Counted from the first letter of the stretch, positions 10,874-21,200 are shown. The stretch is DNA of 64,000 nt from an uncultured Thermoplasmata archaeon (GCA_963719945.1 CAVRDX010000001.1:672001-736000), one strand, 5' to 3'. Program-made: numbers and translations. The notes: generated by a model from the letters alone, not told the origin.

Positions 10874-13720
10874 CTAATTCTTGCGCGCTCTGCGGCCGTT
10901 CAACGCAGACATCAAGACGATGGCCAGAATCGCAATGACCGGTATCAGAATCGTCGAGAATTCCGGTATCGGTTCGCCCGTTATGGAGATATCCTCGGAA
11001 ACGATGCTGCATAGACCAGCACCATCAGTTATCTCGACCTTGACTGTGTACGTCCCAGGATATGAGTATGAATGTTCAGCAGTCAGCTCAGAGGACTTCT
11101 CGGTGTCCCACACGCCGTCCCCATCCCAGTCCCAGCGTATCAGGAGTTCGTCTACAGGGGTCTCTGCGTCAACCGACGATGAAGCATCGAACTCTATCTC
11201 GACACCTGTCAGCAGATCGATTGACATGACATCTAGCTGCGCCTCGGGCGCGTTGTTTATGAGCACGGATATCGTCGCAGAATCCCAGTCGACATCATAA
11301 TGCTCTAGAGCATCTGAGACTATCACCGAGACCACATAAGGCACATCAGAGGCGGTTGAGAATAGGTGTGAGAAACCGATCCGTGCAGATATCCCAGGCT
11401 CCGCCGTAGCATAGAATACCTCCAAAGAGGTGCCGTCAGTGAAATCGACAGACAGCATCATTTCATCCCCTTCTTCATCGGATGCCGTTATATTGAACCA
11501 GACTGTGGATCCTGGCACATAGTATGCGCTCGCCGGTGTATGCTCAATCGATAAGATCAGAGGCTTGAGATTGGACTCGTCCACGACAATGATCGCACTG
11601 TCGCTGATATTGTTGCCCTCGCCGTCATCGATAAACGCCATCAGCTCGAATGACTCAACGGAGAGATATACATGAGATGCAGAGTAATCAGACAGCGGAG
11701 CGCCCATAGTCATTGACGACCCATCCCCCCAGTCATACCAGACAGACACTACTGTACCGATTGCGTACTCCAGCACAGGTGTTATCGAGAAGACTTCGTT
11801 GTAGGTTGCCACATATGACGGTTCGATAGATATCGACGGTGGTGCAGTGGCGGCAGATGAGATCACAAGATTGTCGATCCAACCGCAGTCATCGAGACTG
11901 CTGCCAGATATATCCTTTGAGTAGGTCCACCTTATGGTGAATTCGCCCGAGCTGAGAGAGAATTCTTCTGCAGTCCAATCGACCGAACCGCTCATCCTGT
12001 CTATCACACCTGTGCCGTCGACCTCGAAACTGAGCCAATCAGCATCAGATTGAGAAGACACTTTCCAGTCGAACGAAATGTCTGCAGGGCCCATGATCGT
12101 CATCGCCAGCGAAGAACTGCTCGAATCGCCCACATTACCGCTCTGGAGCGAATCTCCGTCTACGCTGTATTCATGATCGACTCCAACCCATTCTGCGGAT
12201 CCGCTTCCTGTCGCAGTCACATCATCGACGTCCAGCGCATCGCTGAGGGTAATCGGCGAATAATAAGGAAACTCGACAGATACTGATGCAGGTATGGCCA
12301 AAGGGACCTCAGGTGACTGACCTGATGACTGTGAGGCAACGCCTGGAAGATAGGACGATTCGTAACGCTCGATCTTGAAGGAAGATAAGCTCGACTTGCC
12401 GGGCGAGGATCCGATGGAAAGCTCGAAACTATCGGAAGAAGTTGGGTATATGTCTTCGAACTCCGAGATGTCCAGGCACATGAAAGTCGGGTAGCCGTTG
12501 CTGATATCAGGCTCGAAATAGGGAATCTTCACATCAAGGATGGTTGCATCCCCTATGGAGAGTCTGGTCATGGCACTCCTCGAGGGAGACTCATCGAACT
12601 GCCAGATTGCCAGGAGAGTAGGCGAATAATCCACGATATCGACTATGAAGTTGGCCGTTAGGATGCCGAGCGTGCCCAGTTCCTCAATCGCATCGAACGT
12701 GATCCAGTAATATCCGTGGTCCCCCCAAGAAGCGCCCCAGGAATTGACAACTCGGAATGCGCCCAGGTCACCGTCGTCAGATATGGTCTCGTCGTAGCCG
12801 ACGATAGTCTGCGCATGATTCAGGCTGAGGGATGAATATTCTGAAGAAGATATGATGAAGTTGCCGTCTGAGAATCCTGAGCTGTATTCGTTGGCGTCGA
12901 AGCCAAATGTCACAGGAACCCCATCATTCAACATCTGCTTTATCACATCTATGGTCGATGACCCCGAATAGCTGATGTATCCCGCTTCATACGCTCTGTG
13001 AAGTGGTGCTTCTCGGAATGCGTCCTCGGAACCCCAGCTAACGGAGTCGGTGTCATCATATGGCATGGTAGCCAGAGTGGTCACTCCCCAATCGACAGCA
13101 ATCCACATGTTCTGATCGACCCATGACCCGGAATCACGGCCACCATTCACCATGTTATATGTCCAAGCAGGGGAGAGTAGTTGCTCAGGGTTCCCCAAAC
13201 TCGCCTCAGTCCATCCGTTGTCCTCCGCCTCCAAGAATCCATAGGCATAATAGGTCGCGGCCCAAGCAGAGCAAGAACCCTGTGATTCCTGGTTTCCGAC
13301 AATCGGGAAGGTTGAACGGGTCGAAAGATCGAAAGATGTCGGGAGGGCCTCCAAAGAATACGCAGCCTCATCCAAGACCACTTGACTCCCCTCAATGCTA
13401 TCCAGATATTCGACTGAAGGGGCGGTCAGACCAGTACCATGACCATCAATCACTGTGAGCGCGTCCGATGACGAAGATGTTCTCTCCGCTGCTGCCCTCA
13501 TGGCAGCAACATCGTCTGCGTTAGCCAAACGTAATGGAATTCTGGAATGACTGAGGACAGAGGAGGTCGATTGCAGCGCATCATCAGCAAATTGTCCTGT
13601 TGATGAAATCTGAAAATCCGATGATAAACTTGCACTTCCACCCAATATCGAGGTCATGATGACAAGGCAGCAGAGCGCAAGCGCAGGGATCCATATATTG
13701 ACTGAACGGAGTCTAGACAA
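10874..13720 (-). CDS. Secreted papain-like (C1) cysteine peptidase with PKD domains and a PEF-CTERM sorting signal
   Basis: N-terminal signal; QESQGSCSAWA, NHAQTIVGY, VNSWG catalytic motifs; YDWGDG/WDWDGDG and HSYSYPGTY PKD motifs; ends PIPEF + TM helix + RRARKN. Confidence 0.9.
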   Translation of the reverse strand: MSRLRSVNIWIPALALCCLVIMTSILGGSASLSSDFQISSTGQFADDALQSTSSVLSHSRIPLRLANADDVAAMRAAAERTSSSSDALTVIDGHGTGLTAPSVEYLDSIEGSQVVLDEAAYSLEALPTSFDLSTRSTFPIVGNQESQGSCSAWAATYYAYGFLEAEDNGWTEASLGNPEQLLSPAWTYNMVNGGRDSGSWVDQNMWIAVDWGVTTLATMPYDDTDSVSWGSEDAFREAPLHRAYEAGYISYSGSSTIDVIKQMLNDGVPVTFGFDANEYSSGFSDGNFIISSSEYSSLSLNHAQTIVGYDETISDDGDLGAFRVVNSWGASWGDHGYYWITFDAIEELGTLGILTANFIVDIVDYSPTLLAIWQFDESPSRSAMTRLSIGDATILDVKIPYFEPDISNGYPTFMCLDISEFEDIYPTSSDSFELSIGSSPGKSSLSSFKIERYESSYLPGVASQSSGQSPEVPLAIPASVSVEFPYYSPITLSDALDVDDVTATGSGSAEWVGVDHEYSVDGDSLQSGNVGDSSSSSLAMTIMGPADISFDWKVSSQSDADWLSFEVDGTGVIDRMSGSVDWTAEEFSLSSGEFTIRWTYSKDISGSSLDDCGWIDNLVISSAATAPPSISIEPSYVATYNEVFSITPVLEYAIGTVVSVWYDWGDGSSMTMGAPLSDYSASHVYLSVESFELMAFIDDGEGNNISDSAIIVVDESNLKPLILSIEHTPASAYYVPGSTVWFNITASDEEGDEMMLSVDFTDGTSLEVFYATAEPGISARIGFSHLFSTASDVPYVVSVIVSDALEHYDVDWDSATISVLINNAPEAQLDVMSIDLLTGVEIEFDASSSVDAETPVDELLIRWDWDGDGVWDTEKSSELTAEHSYSYPGTYTVKVEITDGAGLCSIVSEDISITGEPIPEFSTILIPVIAILAIVLMSALNGRRARKN

Positions 13721-13899
13721 GCTCCACCTTACCAGACATTAGACTCGCATCAATCATTATTAGCTTTGCGCATGAATGCAGGACGAGAATGCGTTGGATT
13801 GGATGAATCTAGACAATGAATATGATCCTAGCCCATTGGAAAAGGGCCAAGTATCGTGATATAAATGTATTTATCAAAGAATGTGTTTCCTCGGCTCAA

Positions 13900-14012
13900 G
13901 CAGGTGTAATCTAGTCTGGTTAGGATTTTGGCCTTCCAACTACTCCAATGAAGAAAACAAAATTGGAGAGGGACGAAAGCCAACGGCCCGGGTTCGAATC
14001 CCGGCACCTGCA
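13900..14012 (+). tRNA. tRNA-Gly(TCC) with a 39-nt intron (13939..13977) at 37/38
   Basis: Acceptor GCAGGTG/CACCTGC; anticodon stem TTGGC/GCCAA, loop CT-TCC-A|A; intron hairpin CTCCAAT/ATTGGAG; T-arm CCGGG-TTCGAAT-CCCGG. Confidence 0.92.
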
Positions 14013-14071
14013 CTCTCGGCCCTTTGGGTTTCTGTCTGATCGTACAGCTTAGGAGCGTGCACTACTAGACC

Positions 14072-14263
14072 TTACTCACCGTCTCCATAGACAGGTGTAT
14101 GGGCAAGGGCGAAGGCGTCATCGAATCTCCGAGCCTCGGCCAATGCCAACTGCGGCACTATGCAATGTGGATGAAACTCGATCGTTCTTCTGTGTTGTTC
14201 CATTGGATCGCAGTATTCTGCGAACTCGCCATTGTGTTGCTTTAGTTTCCTGGTTCTGAACAT
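14072..14263 (-). CDS. Small hypothetical protein (about 63 aa)
   Basis: ATG preceded by AGGTGG, which overlaps the upstream stop; no recognisable motif. Confidence 0.5.
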   Translation of the reverse strand: MFRTRKLKQHNGEFAEYCDPMEQHRRTIEFHPHCIVPQLALAEARRFDDAFALAHTPVYGDGE

Positions 14264-14272
14264 TGTGTCCAC

Positions 14273-14554
14273 CTATCCCGCGATTTCTGCGTACTCACAT
14301 ACCTCAGGAACTGGCTCCGTTTCCGGATGCAGGCCATGGTCGATCGCCTTCAGATCATCCAGCAGTTCGACGATGTCCATGACATCTTCTCCTAGACCAG
14401 ACATCTCGTTAACGAGATCCTCAAGGTCCTGAAGCGTGTGGGTTTTCACCCATTCGATTGCCTGGGCGTTCAGTGTCGCCTGTGCCGCATTCCTGCGTCT
14501 CATTGCATCCCATCCCAAGTGGTTTGTCTGACGATTTGTCAGCTGAATTCCCAT
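14273..14554 (-). CDS. Small acidic helical hypothetical protein (start 14554 or 14503)
   Basis: Amphipathic ORF with a TATA-like element upstream, coupled to the next ORF. Confidence 0.55.
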   Translation of the reverse strand: MGIQLTNRQTNHLGWDAMRRRNAAQATLNAQAIEWVKTHTLQDLEDLVNEMSGLGEDVMDIVELLDDLKAIDHGLHPETEPVPEVCEYAEIAG

Positions 14555-14828
14555 ATATCGGTTCCGAATATTTAGCTTTTGCCAATATGTCGCATTCCAC
14601 ACATGCGATTCGTCTGACCATCATAGGCACCCAACAAATGAAATCTCGTAGAGATTTATTGCGCTGGACCATGTGATTCTGACTACACATCGGCGATTAA
14701 TGACATCCTCCGCGTCAGACGAAAAGAATAAAATCAACATACATGCATCTCCTGCCACCGTTGGAACGTTCTGGAAACGCTTTTAACGAGACACATCATT
14801 AAGCAAAGAAAGCCAGGGTGGATGGCAC

Positions 14829-17800
14829 TTGGGTCTATTGGATTCGCTGCTCAGCAAGGAGAAGAAAACCCTCTCCAAGGCAAAGAAAGGGATAGAGAAA
14901 GCGGACACGCTGGAGAAGAGTGGCCGCAAGGATGAAGCTAAGAGTGTCCTCGACCAGACAGGCGCCATGCTTAGAGAGAATCTCGTTTTCGTCGAGAAGC
15001 TGCATAGCGATTTCTCGGAGACTTTCGCAACGCTCGGTGAGAGATATCTCGTTCTAGATAACGCACAGATTGCACACGATGCTGCAACCGTATCATTACA
15101 GCTGGATGCCACAAACCCAGAGGCGATGGGAGTCGCGGGGAGGGCCGCCCTGAGGATGGGGAGGAAGGAGGAAGCAATCGAGTGGCTGAAGAAGGCAGTC
15201 ACAGCCGCCCCAAACTCCGCGGACCTATGGTCGATGCTCGGCGATGCTCAGGAGGCGATCGCCGATGTCGAAGGCGCGATTGCAAGCTACAGGAAGGTCG
15301 TCGAGATCACACCTGATAGCATACGTCATTATGAGAAGATACTCGCGCACCTGCCCAAAGAGACCGAGCTCATGAAAATGAAGGCGCAGGCACAGACGCG
15401 CATGCACAAGTTCGATGATGCGGGCCGGACATACAGAGCAGCCATCGATGTGGACCGCAGAGACAAGGACCTTTGGATCGGGAACGCTGCAGTCCTCAAT
15501 TATGCTGGCAAGAGCGAGCAAGCCATTGATTCGCTCGAGAAGGCGCTCGAGCTGGCCCCGAACGACTCGTTCATCTTGGACAATCTTGGGAGGGTCCAGC
15601 ACAAGATCGGAAGACGTGATGACGCACTCAAGAGCTTCTCCAAGGCAATCGAGATCGACAGCGGTAACAAGGTGATATGGAACGAGCTTGGAGTGGTTCA
15701 GGAAGAGCTCAAGATGCTCGACGAGGCCATCCAATCGTTCGATAATGCCCTTGCCATTGACCCGAACGACATCAATGTTCTCAACAACAAGAAGAAGACC
15801 CTGCTCAAGGGCGACCACATGGCCGAGGTACTCGAGACCTGCGATAGGATTATTGTGCTCAACCCGAAGGATTCCGAAGCTTTGCTGGACAAGGCGAAGG
15901 CGCTGAGGTCGCTCAACAGATACTCGGAGTGCCTCAACTTCACAGAGGCCTCATTGACCATTGCGCCAAAGGCCAGAGACGCGATGAACCTCAAGAAGGA
16001 TTGCCTCATGAGGCTCAACAGGTACTCCGAGGTCGTCTCATGGTGCAACAAGATGCTTTCGATCGACCCATCAGATTACGATACCATGCACGATAAGGGC
16101 ATTGCCCAGATGAAGATGGGAAGACCTCAGGACGCCGTCAAGACCTATGAGAAGGCACTGAAATCTGCGCCACACAAGCTCGAGATCCTGGAGAGCCTCC
16201 GGGATGCTTACAATGTCCTGAACAAATACGATGAAGTCATAGACACATGCGACAGGATAATCGGAGTCGACCCGAAGAACAAGCGGGCATATCTTGAGAA
16301 GGCACTGGCACTGGATAAGAAGGACCGGATCGACGATGCGCTCGTTGCATACATGGCCGCCCTGAAACACGACCGCAAGAACATGGACATATTCCTGAAT
16401 GCCGCATCAATGTTGAAACGGGCAGGGAAGCACAAGGAAGCGATGGATTATGCCAAGCAGGGCTTGTCGCTCGATCCGGACAACACAGGACTCTTGAGGA
16501 TCCGAGGCGAATCGGCATACTTGTCAAATGATTTCGAATCGGCAATCGAATCACTCCAAAGGTGCGTCAGCATAGACCAACACGACAAGAACGCGTACAG
16601 GTTCTTAGGACAATCGCTGGTCGAGCTGAAGAGTTATGAACAGGCATTGGCGGCCTACGACCACGCACTCACGTTAGACCCCAGAGATGCTGACATCCTA
16701 TTCATCAAAGCGGTTGCGCTGGAATGGCTCGACAGGACGGAGGACGCGTTGAAAGCCGCGAAGGAGGCGGTCCATTGGAATCCGTATCAAGCAGACTTCA
16801 CGCTCAAAATGGGAACCCTGCTCACCAAACTCGGACGTCTCGAGGAGGCGCTGGAGGCGTACGGTGTGGCGCTAGCCAGTTCGCCCAAGAATATCGAGGC
16901 ACTGAAGGCGAAGAACAGCATCCTGAAATCTCTCAAGCGACATGAAGAGGTCGTTAACACAAGCGATGAGATCCTCGCGATATCCTCCAAGGACAAGGAT
17001 GCTCAGATAGACAAGGGCGGCGCATTGTTGTTGCTGAAGAGACCTGGTGATGCACTCGTGTGCTTCGACCGAGCCCTCGACGTCGACAAGGACGACCTCG
17101 ATGCCCTGGAACTCAAGAAGACCGCGCTCAAGGAACTCAAGGATGACGAGGGCATCGTTACCACATGTAAGAGGATACTGGACCTGAGCCCGAAGAACAA
17201 ACACGCGATGGCGGACTGCGCCGGCTCGCTCGAGAACCTCGAGAAGGTGGAGGAGGCGATTGGATACTACGAGAAGGCACTGGCCCTGGACGCAACGGAC
17301 GTCTTCCTATGGAACAAGAAGGGATTGGCCCTTCTCGGCAGCGGAAACCCAGCTCAGGCCGCTGAAGCCTTCGATCAAGCGGTCAAGATCGATTCTAACC
17401 AGCCATATGTGCTGAACAACCGTGGCAAGGCATACCTCGAACTACGGCGATTCAAAGAGTCGCTGGAAGACTTCAACAAGGCGATCACAATCATATCTAA
17501 TACGCCCGAATTCCACATAAACAAGGGAAGGGCGCTCGCGAGCCTGGGCAACTTCGACGAGAGCATAGACTCGTTCAACGAGGCCAGGCGTCAGGCGCCC
17601 AATGACGCCTCCGCCCTCAAGTACATGGGCATGGCGCTCCTCAAGCTCAACAGGATACCCGACTCGCTCGGATCATTCGATGAGGCCATCAAACTGGGTC
17701 TCAACGACAAGGATGTCTGGATCGGGAGGGCCAAGGCATGCGAGGCCATGGGCAAGAAGGAGGAGGCCGTCCGCTCATATGCCACGGCACTGGACCTAGA

Positions 17801-19271
17801 CGACACCGACAAGAATGCATGGTATCGTCTGGGCCAGCTGTATCTCGAACTCGAGAGATACACTGAGGCTGACGATTGTTTCGACCGGTCTCTGGACATC
17901 GATGGCACGAATCCCGCGATATGGATGAGCAAGGGACTAGCGCTCGAGAAGCAGGAGATGCTGGACGACGCAATAGGAGCGTACGACCGTGCGATCGCCC
18001 TGAATTCCAACGACAAGGAAGCGTGGAAGAGGAAAGGTTCTGCGCTACTTGTGCTTGCCAGGCCGGAACAGGCACTCAGGGCGTTCGAGCATTCACTCAG
18101 TATAGATCCATACTTCGAAGAGGCGATCGAAGGTAGGAAGCGTTCGGAGGATGACATCAGACGCACCAAGATCGAGGACTACTGCAGGTCGATCCTAGAA
18201 TTCGAATACACACACGGACGGCCCGTTACCAAGGAGGAGGCGTTCAGGGTATGCGGCGTGCCATACGTCTTCCTGGGAGAGGTCATGGACTACCTGAGCG
18301 GCCGCGAAGCCATCAGCCTCTCTGGAATGAGCAAGGAAGACTTCGAGAAGTTCGAGAGGATATCCAGGGAGATCCTGGTCAACACCATGGAGAAGAGAGA
18401 CCTTGCCAACTACGGACTGCGATTGTGCGACATATCGGTCAACTTCCCCGAACTCAGGATTGCAAGCGCGAAGAGGGTGCTCAGCTATATCCAAGCCGTC
18501 GAGGAGAACGATTTCAGTGCGAAGGTCACAGACCCGCGTATCGACCCGCTCCTCAGACAGGCGATGGACCTCCCCAACGACCAGAAGAATGTCCTCGGAT
18601 TGATCAGGAACCTGGGCATCGGTGTCTATCAAGCTAGGCAGCTAGTCATGATACTCCAGACATTCCAGGGAGCGGGTTTCGAGACCCCGTCCATCAGGAT
18701 AGGCTCCATTGTCAACGAAGGATACGGAGAATATGTCCCCTATGACGAATCTGCAGCGCAGACCAGACCGCAGGGACGACAGGAAGACAGAACATCCTCC
18801 CATGGACGGGAAGAGGAAACGGAAGAGGAGCAGGAGAGACCTCGGCGACAGACCACAAGACGCGCTCCAAGACGGGATGAAGAGAGCGAGGAAAGACCCG
18901 CTCCGAAGAAGCCGAGGAGCAGGAAGGTCGACGAAGAGGAGTCAGAAGAGGACGTGCAATCCGACCTGGTTGGCAGAAGATGCCTCTTCCACGGAGGAGT
19001 TGCGGTCGCGAGATGCAAGAAATGCAAGGCGGTGCTGTGCAGGGAGTGCATCAGGAACTCGGACAGATGTCCTAGATGCAACGCGCTCCTGAGCGGTGAG
19101 GAGGACGTGCCTGAGAAGAAACCCAGGCATAAACCACGCCAGCAGATAGAGGAGTTGGAGGAGGAAATCGACGAAGAGGAGCCGGAAGTCGAAGAGGAAC
19201 CAGAAGAGGAGCCTCCACCAAGGAAGAAAAAGAAAAAGGAGGAGAAGGGTCCGGACTTCTTCAGACTGTGA
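14829..19271 (+). CDS. Very large TPR-repeat protein with C-terminal unknown domain, B-box-like zinc finger and charged tail
   Basis: Long run of 34-aa TPR-type repeats (W..KG..L..L....EA...Y/F..AL..DP); CLFH-x7-CxxC-x4-CxxC-x6-CxxC; Glu/Lys/Arg-rich tail; TTG start. Confidence 0.92.
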   Translation: MGLLDSLLSKEKKTLSKAKKGIEKADTLEKSGRKDEAKSVLDQTGAMLRENLVFVEKLHSDFSETFATLGERYLVLDNAQIAHDAATVSLQLDATNPEAMGVAGRAALRMGRKEEAIEWLKKAVTAAPNSADLWSMLGDAQEAIADVEGAIASYRKVVEITPDSIRHYEKILAHLPKETELMKMKAQAQTRMHKFDDAGRTYRAAIDVDRRDKDLWIGNAAVLNYAGKSEQAIDSLEKALELAPNDSFILDNLGRVQHKIGRRDDALKSFSKAIEIDSGNKVIWNELGVVQEELKMLDEAIQSFDNALAIDPNDINVLNNKKKTLLKGDHMAEVLETCDRIIVLNPKDSEALLDKAKALRSLNRYSECLNFTEASLTIAPKARDAMNLKKDCLMRLNRYSEVVSWCNKMLSIDPSDYDTMHDKGIAQMKMGRPQDAVKTYEKALKSAPHKLEILESLRDAYNVLNKYDEVIDTCDRIIGVDPKNKRAYLEKALALDKKDRIDDALVAYMAALKHDRKNMDIFLNAASMLKRAGKHKEAMDYAKQGLSLDPDNTGLLRIRGESAYLSNDFESAIESLQRCVSIDQHDKNAYRFLGQSLVELKSYEQALAAYDHALTLDPRDADILFIKAVALEWLDRTEDALKAAKEAVHWNPYQADFTLKMGTLLTKLGRLEEALEAYGVALASSPKNIEALKAKNSILKSLKRHEEVVNTSDEILAISSKDKDAQIDKGGALLLLKRPGDALVCFDRALDVDKDDLDALELKKTALKELKDDEGIVTTCKRILDLSPKNKHAMADCAGSLENLEKVEEAIGYYEKALALDATDVFLWNKKGLALLGSGNPAQAAEAFDQAVKIDSNQPYVLNNRGKAYLELRRFKESLEDFNKAITIISNTPEFHINKGRALASLGNFDESIDSFNEARRQAPNDASALKYMGMALLKLNRIPDSLGSFDEAIKLGLNDKDVWIGRAKACEAMGKKEEAVRSYATALDLDDTDKNAWYRLGQLYLELERYTEADDCFDRSLDIDGTNPAIWMSKGLALEKQEMLDDAIGAYDRAIALNSNDKEAWKRKGSALLVLARPEQALRAFEHSLSIDPYFEEAIEGRKRSEDDIRRTKIEDYCRSILEFEYTHGRPVTKEEAFRVCGVPYVFLGEVMDYLSGREAISLSGMSKEDFEKFERISREILVNTMEKRDLANYGLRLCDISVNFPELRIASAKRVLSYIQAVEENDFSAKVTDPRIDPLLRQAMDLPNDQKNVLGLIRNLGIGVYQARQLVMILQTFQGAGFETPSIRIGSIVNEGYGEYVPYDESAAQTRPQGRQEDRTSSHGREEETEEEQERPRRQTTRRAPRRDEESEERPAPKKPRSRKVDEEESEEDVQSDLVGRRCLFHGGVAVARCKKCKAVLCRECIRNSDRCPRCNALLSGEEDVPEKKPRHKPRQQIEELEEEIDEEEPEVEEEPEEEPPPRKKKKKEEKGPDFFRL

Positions 19272-19290
19272 ATATCAGCCAGGTGATTCA

Positions 19291-20115
19291 ATGGGCAGGA
19301 TATCCCGCGGATGGAAATTGACCAAGCTTAGCCTCAAAGTCATAAGAAAGGACAAGGAGATCCTGCTTCTCCCGCTAATATCAGCGCTGGTGACCATACT
19401 CCTGTTGGCATCTTTCATCGGAGGAATCTTCATCTCGACCGGGTTCGACTCAGTAATGGGTGGAGGAGGAGCCATACTATTCTTCGTCGGCCTCGCGGCA
19501 TTCTATCTACTGAGCTACTTCATATCGATATTCTTCAACGCAGCCATAATCGGGTGCGCGACGATAAGACTGGAGGGGGGCGACCCTACCGTGAAGGACG
19601 GCATAAGGATCGCGATGAACAACATAGGCAGGATATTCCTCTGGGCCATAGTCGCTGCAACCGTCGGCGTGATCATCAAGTCTATCCAGCAGAGGGTCGG
19701 CTTCATCGGGAAGTTGATCATGGGTGCGCTCGGGGTCACATGGACCCTCATGACATACTTCGTCGTCCCCGTCCTCATATACGAGAAGGTCGGCCCCTGG
19801 ACGGCAATGAAGAGGAGCGCTGGAATGATAAGGAAGAGCTGGGGAGAGACGATTGTCGGAAGCCTCGGGCTTGGAATCATCTTCGCCCTCCTGGCAATCC
19901 CCGGAGTGCTCTTCATAATAGTTGGGGCCATAGTTGGAGGACTCACAGGGGCGATCGTTGGAATAGTCATCGCGATAGTCTACTGGCTGATACTTGCGAT
20001 GATACATACAGCTGCCCAATCCGTCCTGGTTGCAGCACTCTACAAGTATGCGAACACGGGGGAGATCCCGTCAGGGTTCGAGGGGGTTGGTTTCTCCAAC
20101 CCGTTCTCGTCCTGA
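19291..20115 (+). CDS. Multi-pass membrane protein (DUF6159-like)
   Basis: Several TM segments; RS...KSWGE and AALYKYA motifs; AGGTGA RBS. Confidence 0.8.
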   Translation: MGRISRGWKLTKLSLKVIRKDKEILLLPLISALVTILLLASFIGGIFISTGFDSVMGGGGAILFFVGLAAFYLLSYFISIFFNAAIIGCATIRLEGGDPTVKDGIRIAMNNIGRIFLWAIVAATVGVIIKSIQQRVGFIGKLIMGALGVTWTLMTYFVVPVLIYEKVGPWTAMKRSAGMIRKSWGETIVGSLGLGIIFALLAIPGVLFIIVGAIVGGLTGAIVGIVIAIVYWLILAMIHTAAQSVLVAALYKYANTGEIPSGFEGVGFSNPFSS

Positions 20116-20119
20116 ACGA

Positions 20120-20596
20120 TCACCCGTGGAGTCTCTTCGTCAGGGCCGCTACCCGCTTGCCATATCGTATGCAGATAGCCTCAGCCCGCTCGTCCGGCTT
20201 GGAGATGGATACAGGCCCATAGTGGTCGCCTGAGGAGTCTCCGCATACGACCATCCCATGAATCAGCAAAGATTCAAGGATCGACAGCACGGTGGTCTCG
20301 TTCCCGCCACCAATGTTCATGCTGGATGAGAAGGCGCCTCCGACCTTCCCCTGAAGCTTGCCGTGGAGCTTGTTGCTCTTATCGATGAGTTCTTTGATCT
20401 GGTAGCTCGGCAGACCATAGTAGGTCGGCGAACCCAGTATGATGCCGTCATATCCAAGCAGACTGTCGATCTTCACATCCTTCACATCGAGCGTATCGAC
20501 ATCGACCCCTTCGTCCATGACACCTTTCTGTATCAGGTACGCCATCTCTTTCGTGTTGCCGCTTCTCGAGTAATAGCATATCAATATGCGAGCCAT
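20120..20596 (-). CDS. Flavodoxin/WrbA-like NAD(P)H:quinone oxidoreductase
   Basis: YYSRSGNTKEMA, GSPTYYG, GGGNETT. Confidence 0.9.
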   Translation of the reverse strand: MARILICYYSRSGNTKEMAYLIQKGVMDEGVDVDTLDVKDVKIDSLLGYDGIILGSPTYYGLPSYQIKELIDKSNKLHGKLQGKVGGAFSSSMNIGGGNETTVLSILESLLIHGMVVCGDSSGDHYGPVSISKPDERAEAICIRYGKRVAALTKRLHG

Positions 20597-20714
20597 CTTT
20601 GCGGTCCCTCGGCAAGAGTATGTCATCCTAGAATAATTCGATTCCCTCTGAGTCGACCGGTGCAAAGGTTGATGACCGTGTAATGACTCACCCGGACGAT
20701 AGGTGGGCCGGAGA

Positions 20715-21200
20715 ATGAGAACATGCAATAGATGCCGACAAGAGACGAACCAGATGTTCTGCCCCACTTGCCGGGTGCTGACATATCCCGCAGGAGCCCC
20801 TGAGGCCGCTCCGACCTCAGCGGCGGGCGACTCGTTCGAGTGCACGATCTGGCAAGGGCCGAACCGCAGCAGAGGAATCGAGGTGCCGGTCAGCGCCAGG
20901 GACAAATACTTCTCGAAACGGAACGGTGAGATAATCATCTTCATCGATGGCAGGAGAGCCGTCGTCAAGCTCGGCTCTGGTTTCTGGAAGAAACCAGCAG
21001 TGATGAAGAAGGCATTCGGAGACAACGGAAAGGAAGAGCTCATCAAATTCTTCGAGAAGCACCATCTCCTGCCGCCACAACAATCATTGAAGGAGAAGGG
21101 CATCGTGGACACTCTCGTGTTCGAGGTCATTACGCCCAAGGAAGAATTCAAGGTGACCGTGATAGAAAAGCAGGAATCCGACGAGTACAGCTCGGATTAG
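20715..21200 (+). CDS. Hypothetical protein with N-terminal zinc ribbon
   Basis: CNRC...CPTC; AGGTGG RBS. Confidence 0.7.
   Translation: MRTCNRCRQETNQMFCPTCRVLTYPAGAPEAAPTSAAGDSFECTIWQGPNRSRGIEVPVSARDKYFSKRNGEIIIFIDGRRAVVKLGSGFWKKPAVMKKAFGDNGKEELIKFFEKHHLLPPQQSLKEKGIVDTLVFEVITPKEEFKVTVIEKQESDEYSSD

Noticed and set aside
10865-14700. Integrated element at tRNA-Pro or tRNA-Gly
   Set aside because: No integrase and no duplicated tRNA 3' end (att site) seen
14900-19300. Many antisense and alternate-frame ORFs over long genes throughout the window
   Set aside because: Shadow ORFs from codon bias; no motifs or RBS
20597-21151. Long N-terminal extension of the flavodoxin ORF (20120..21151), and similar extensions on hutH, pmbA, purQ, msrB and the HTH gene
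   Set aside because: They overlap real neighbouring or antisense genes; family motifs and RBSs begin at downstream starts
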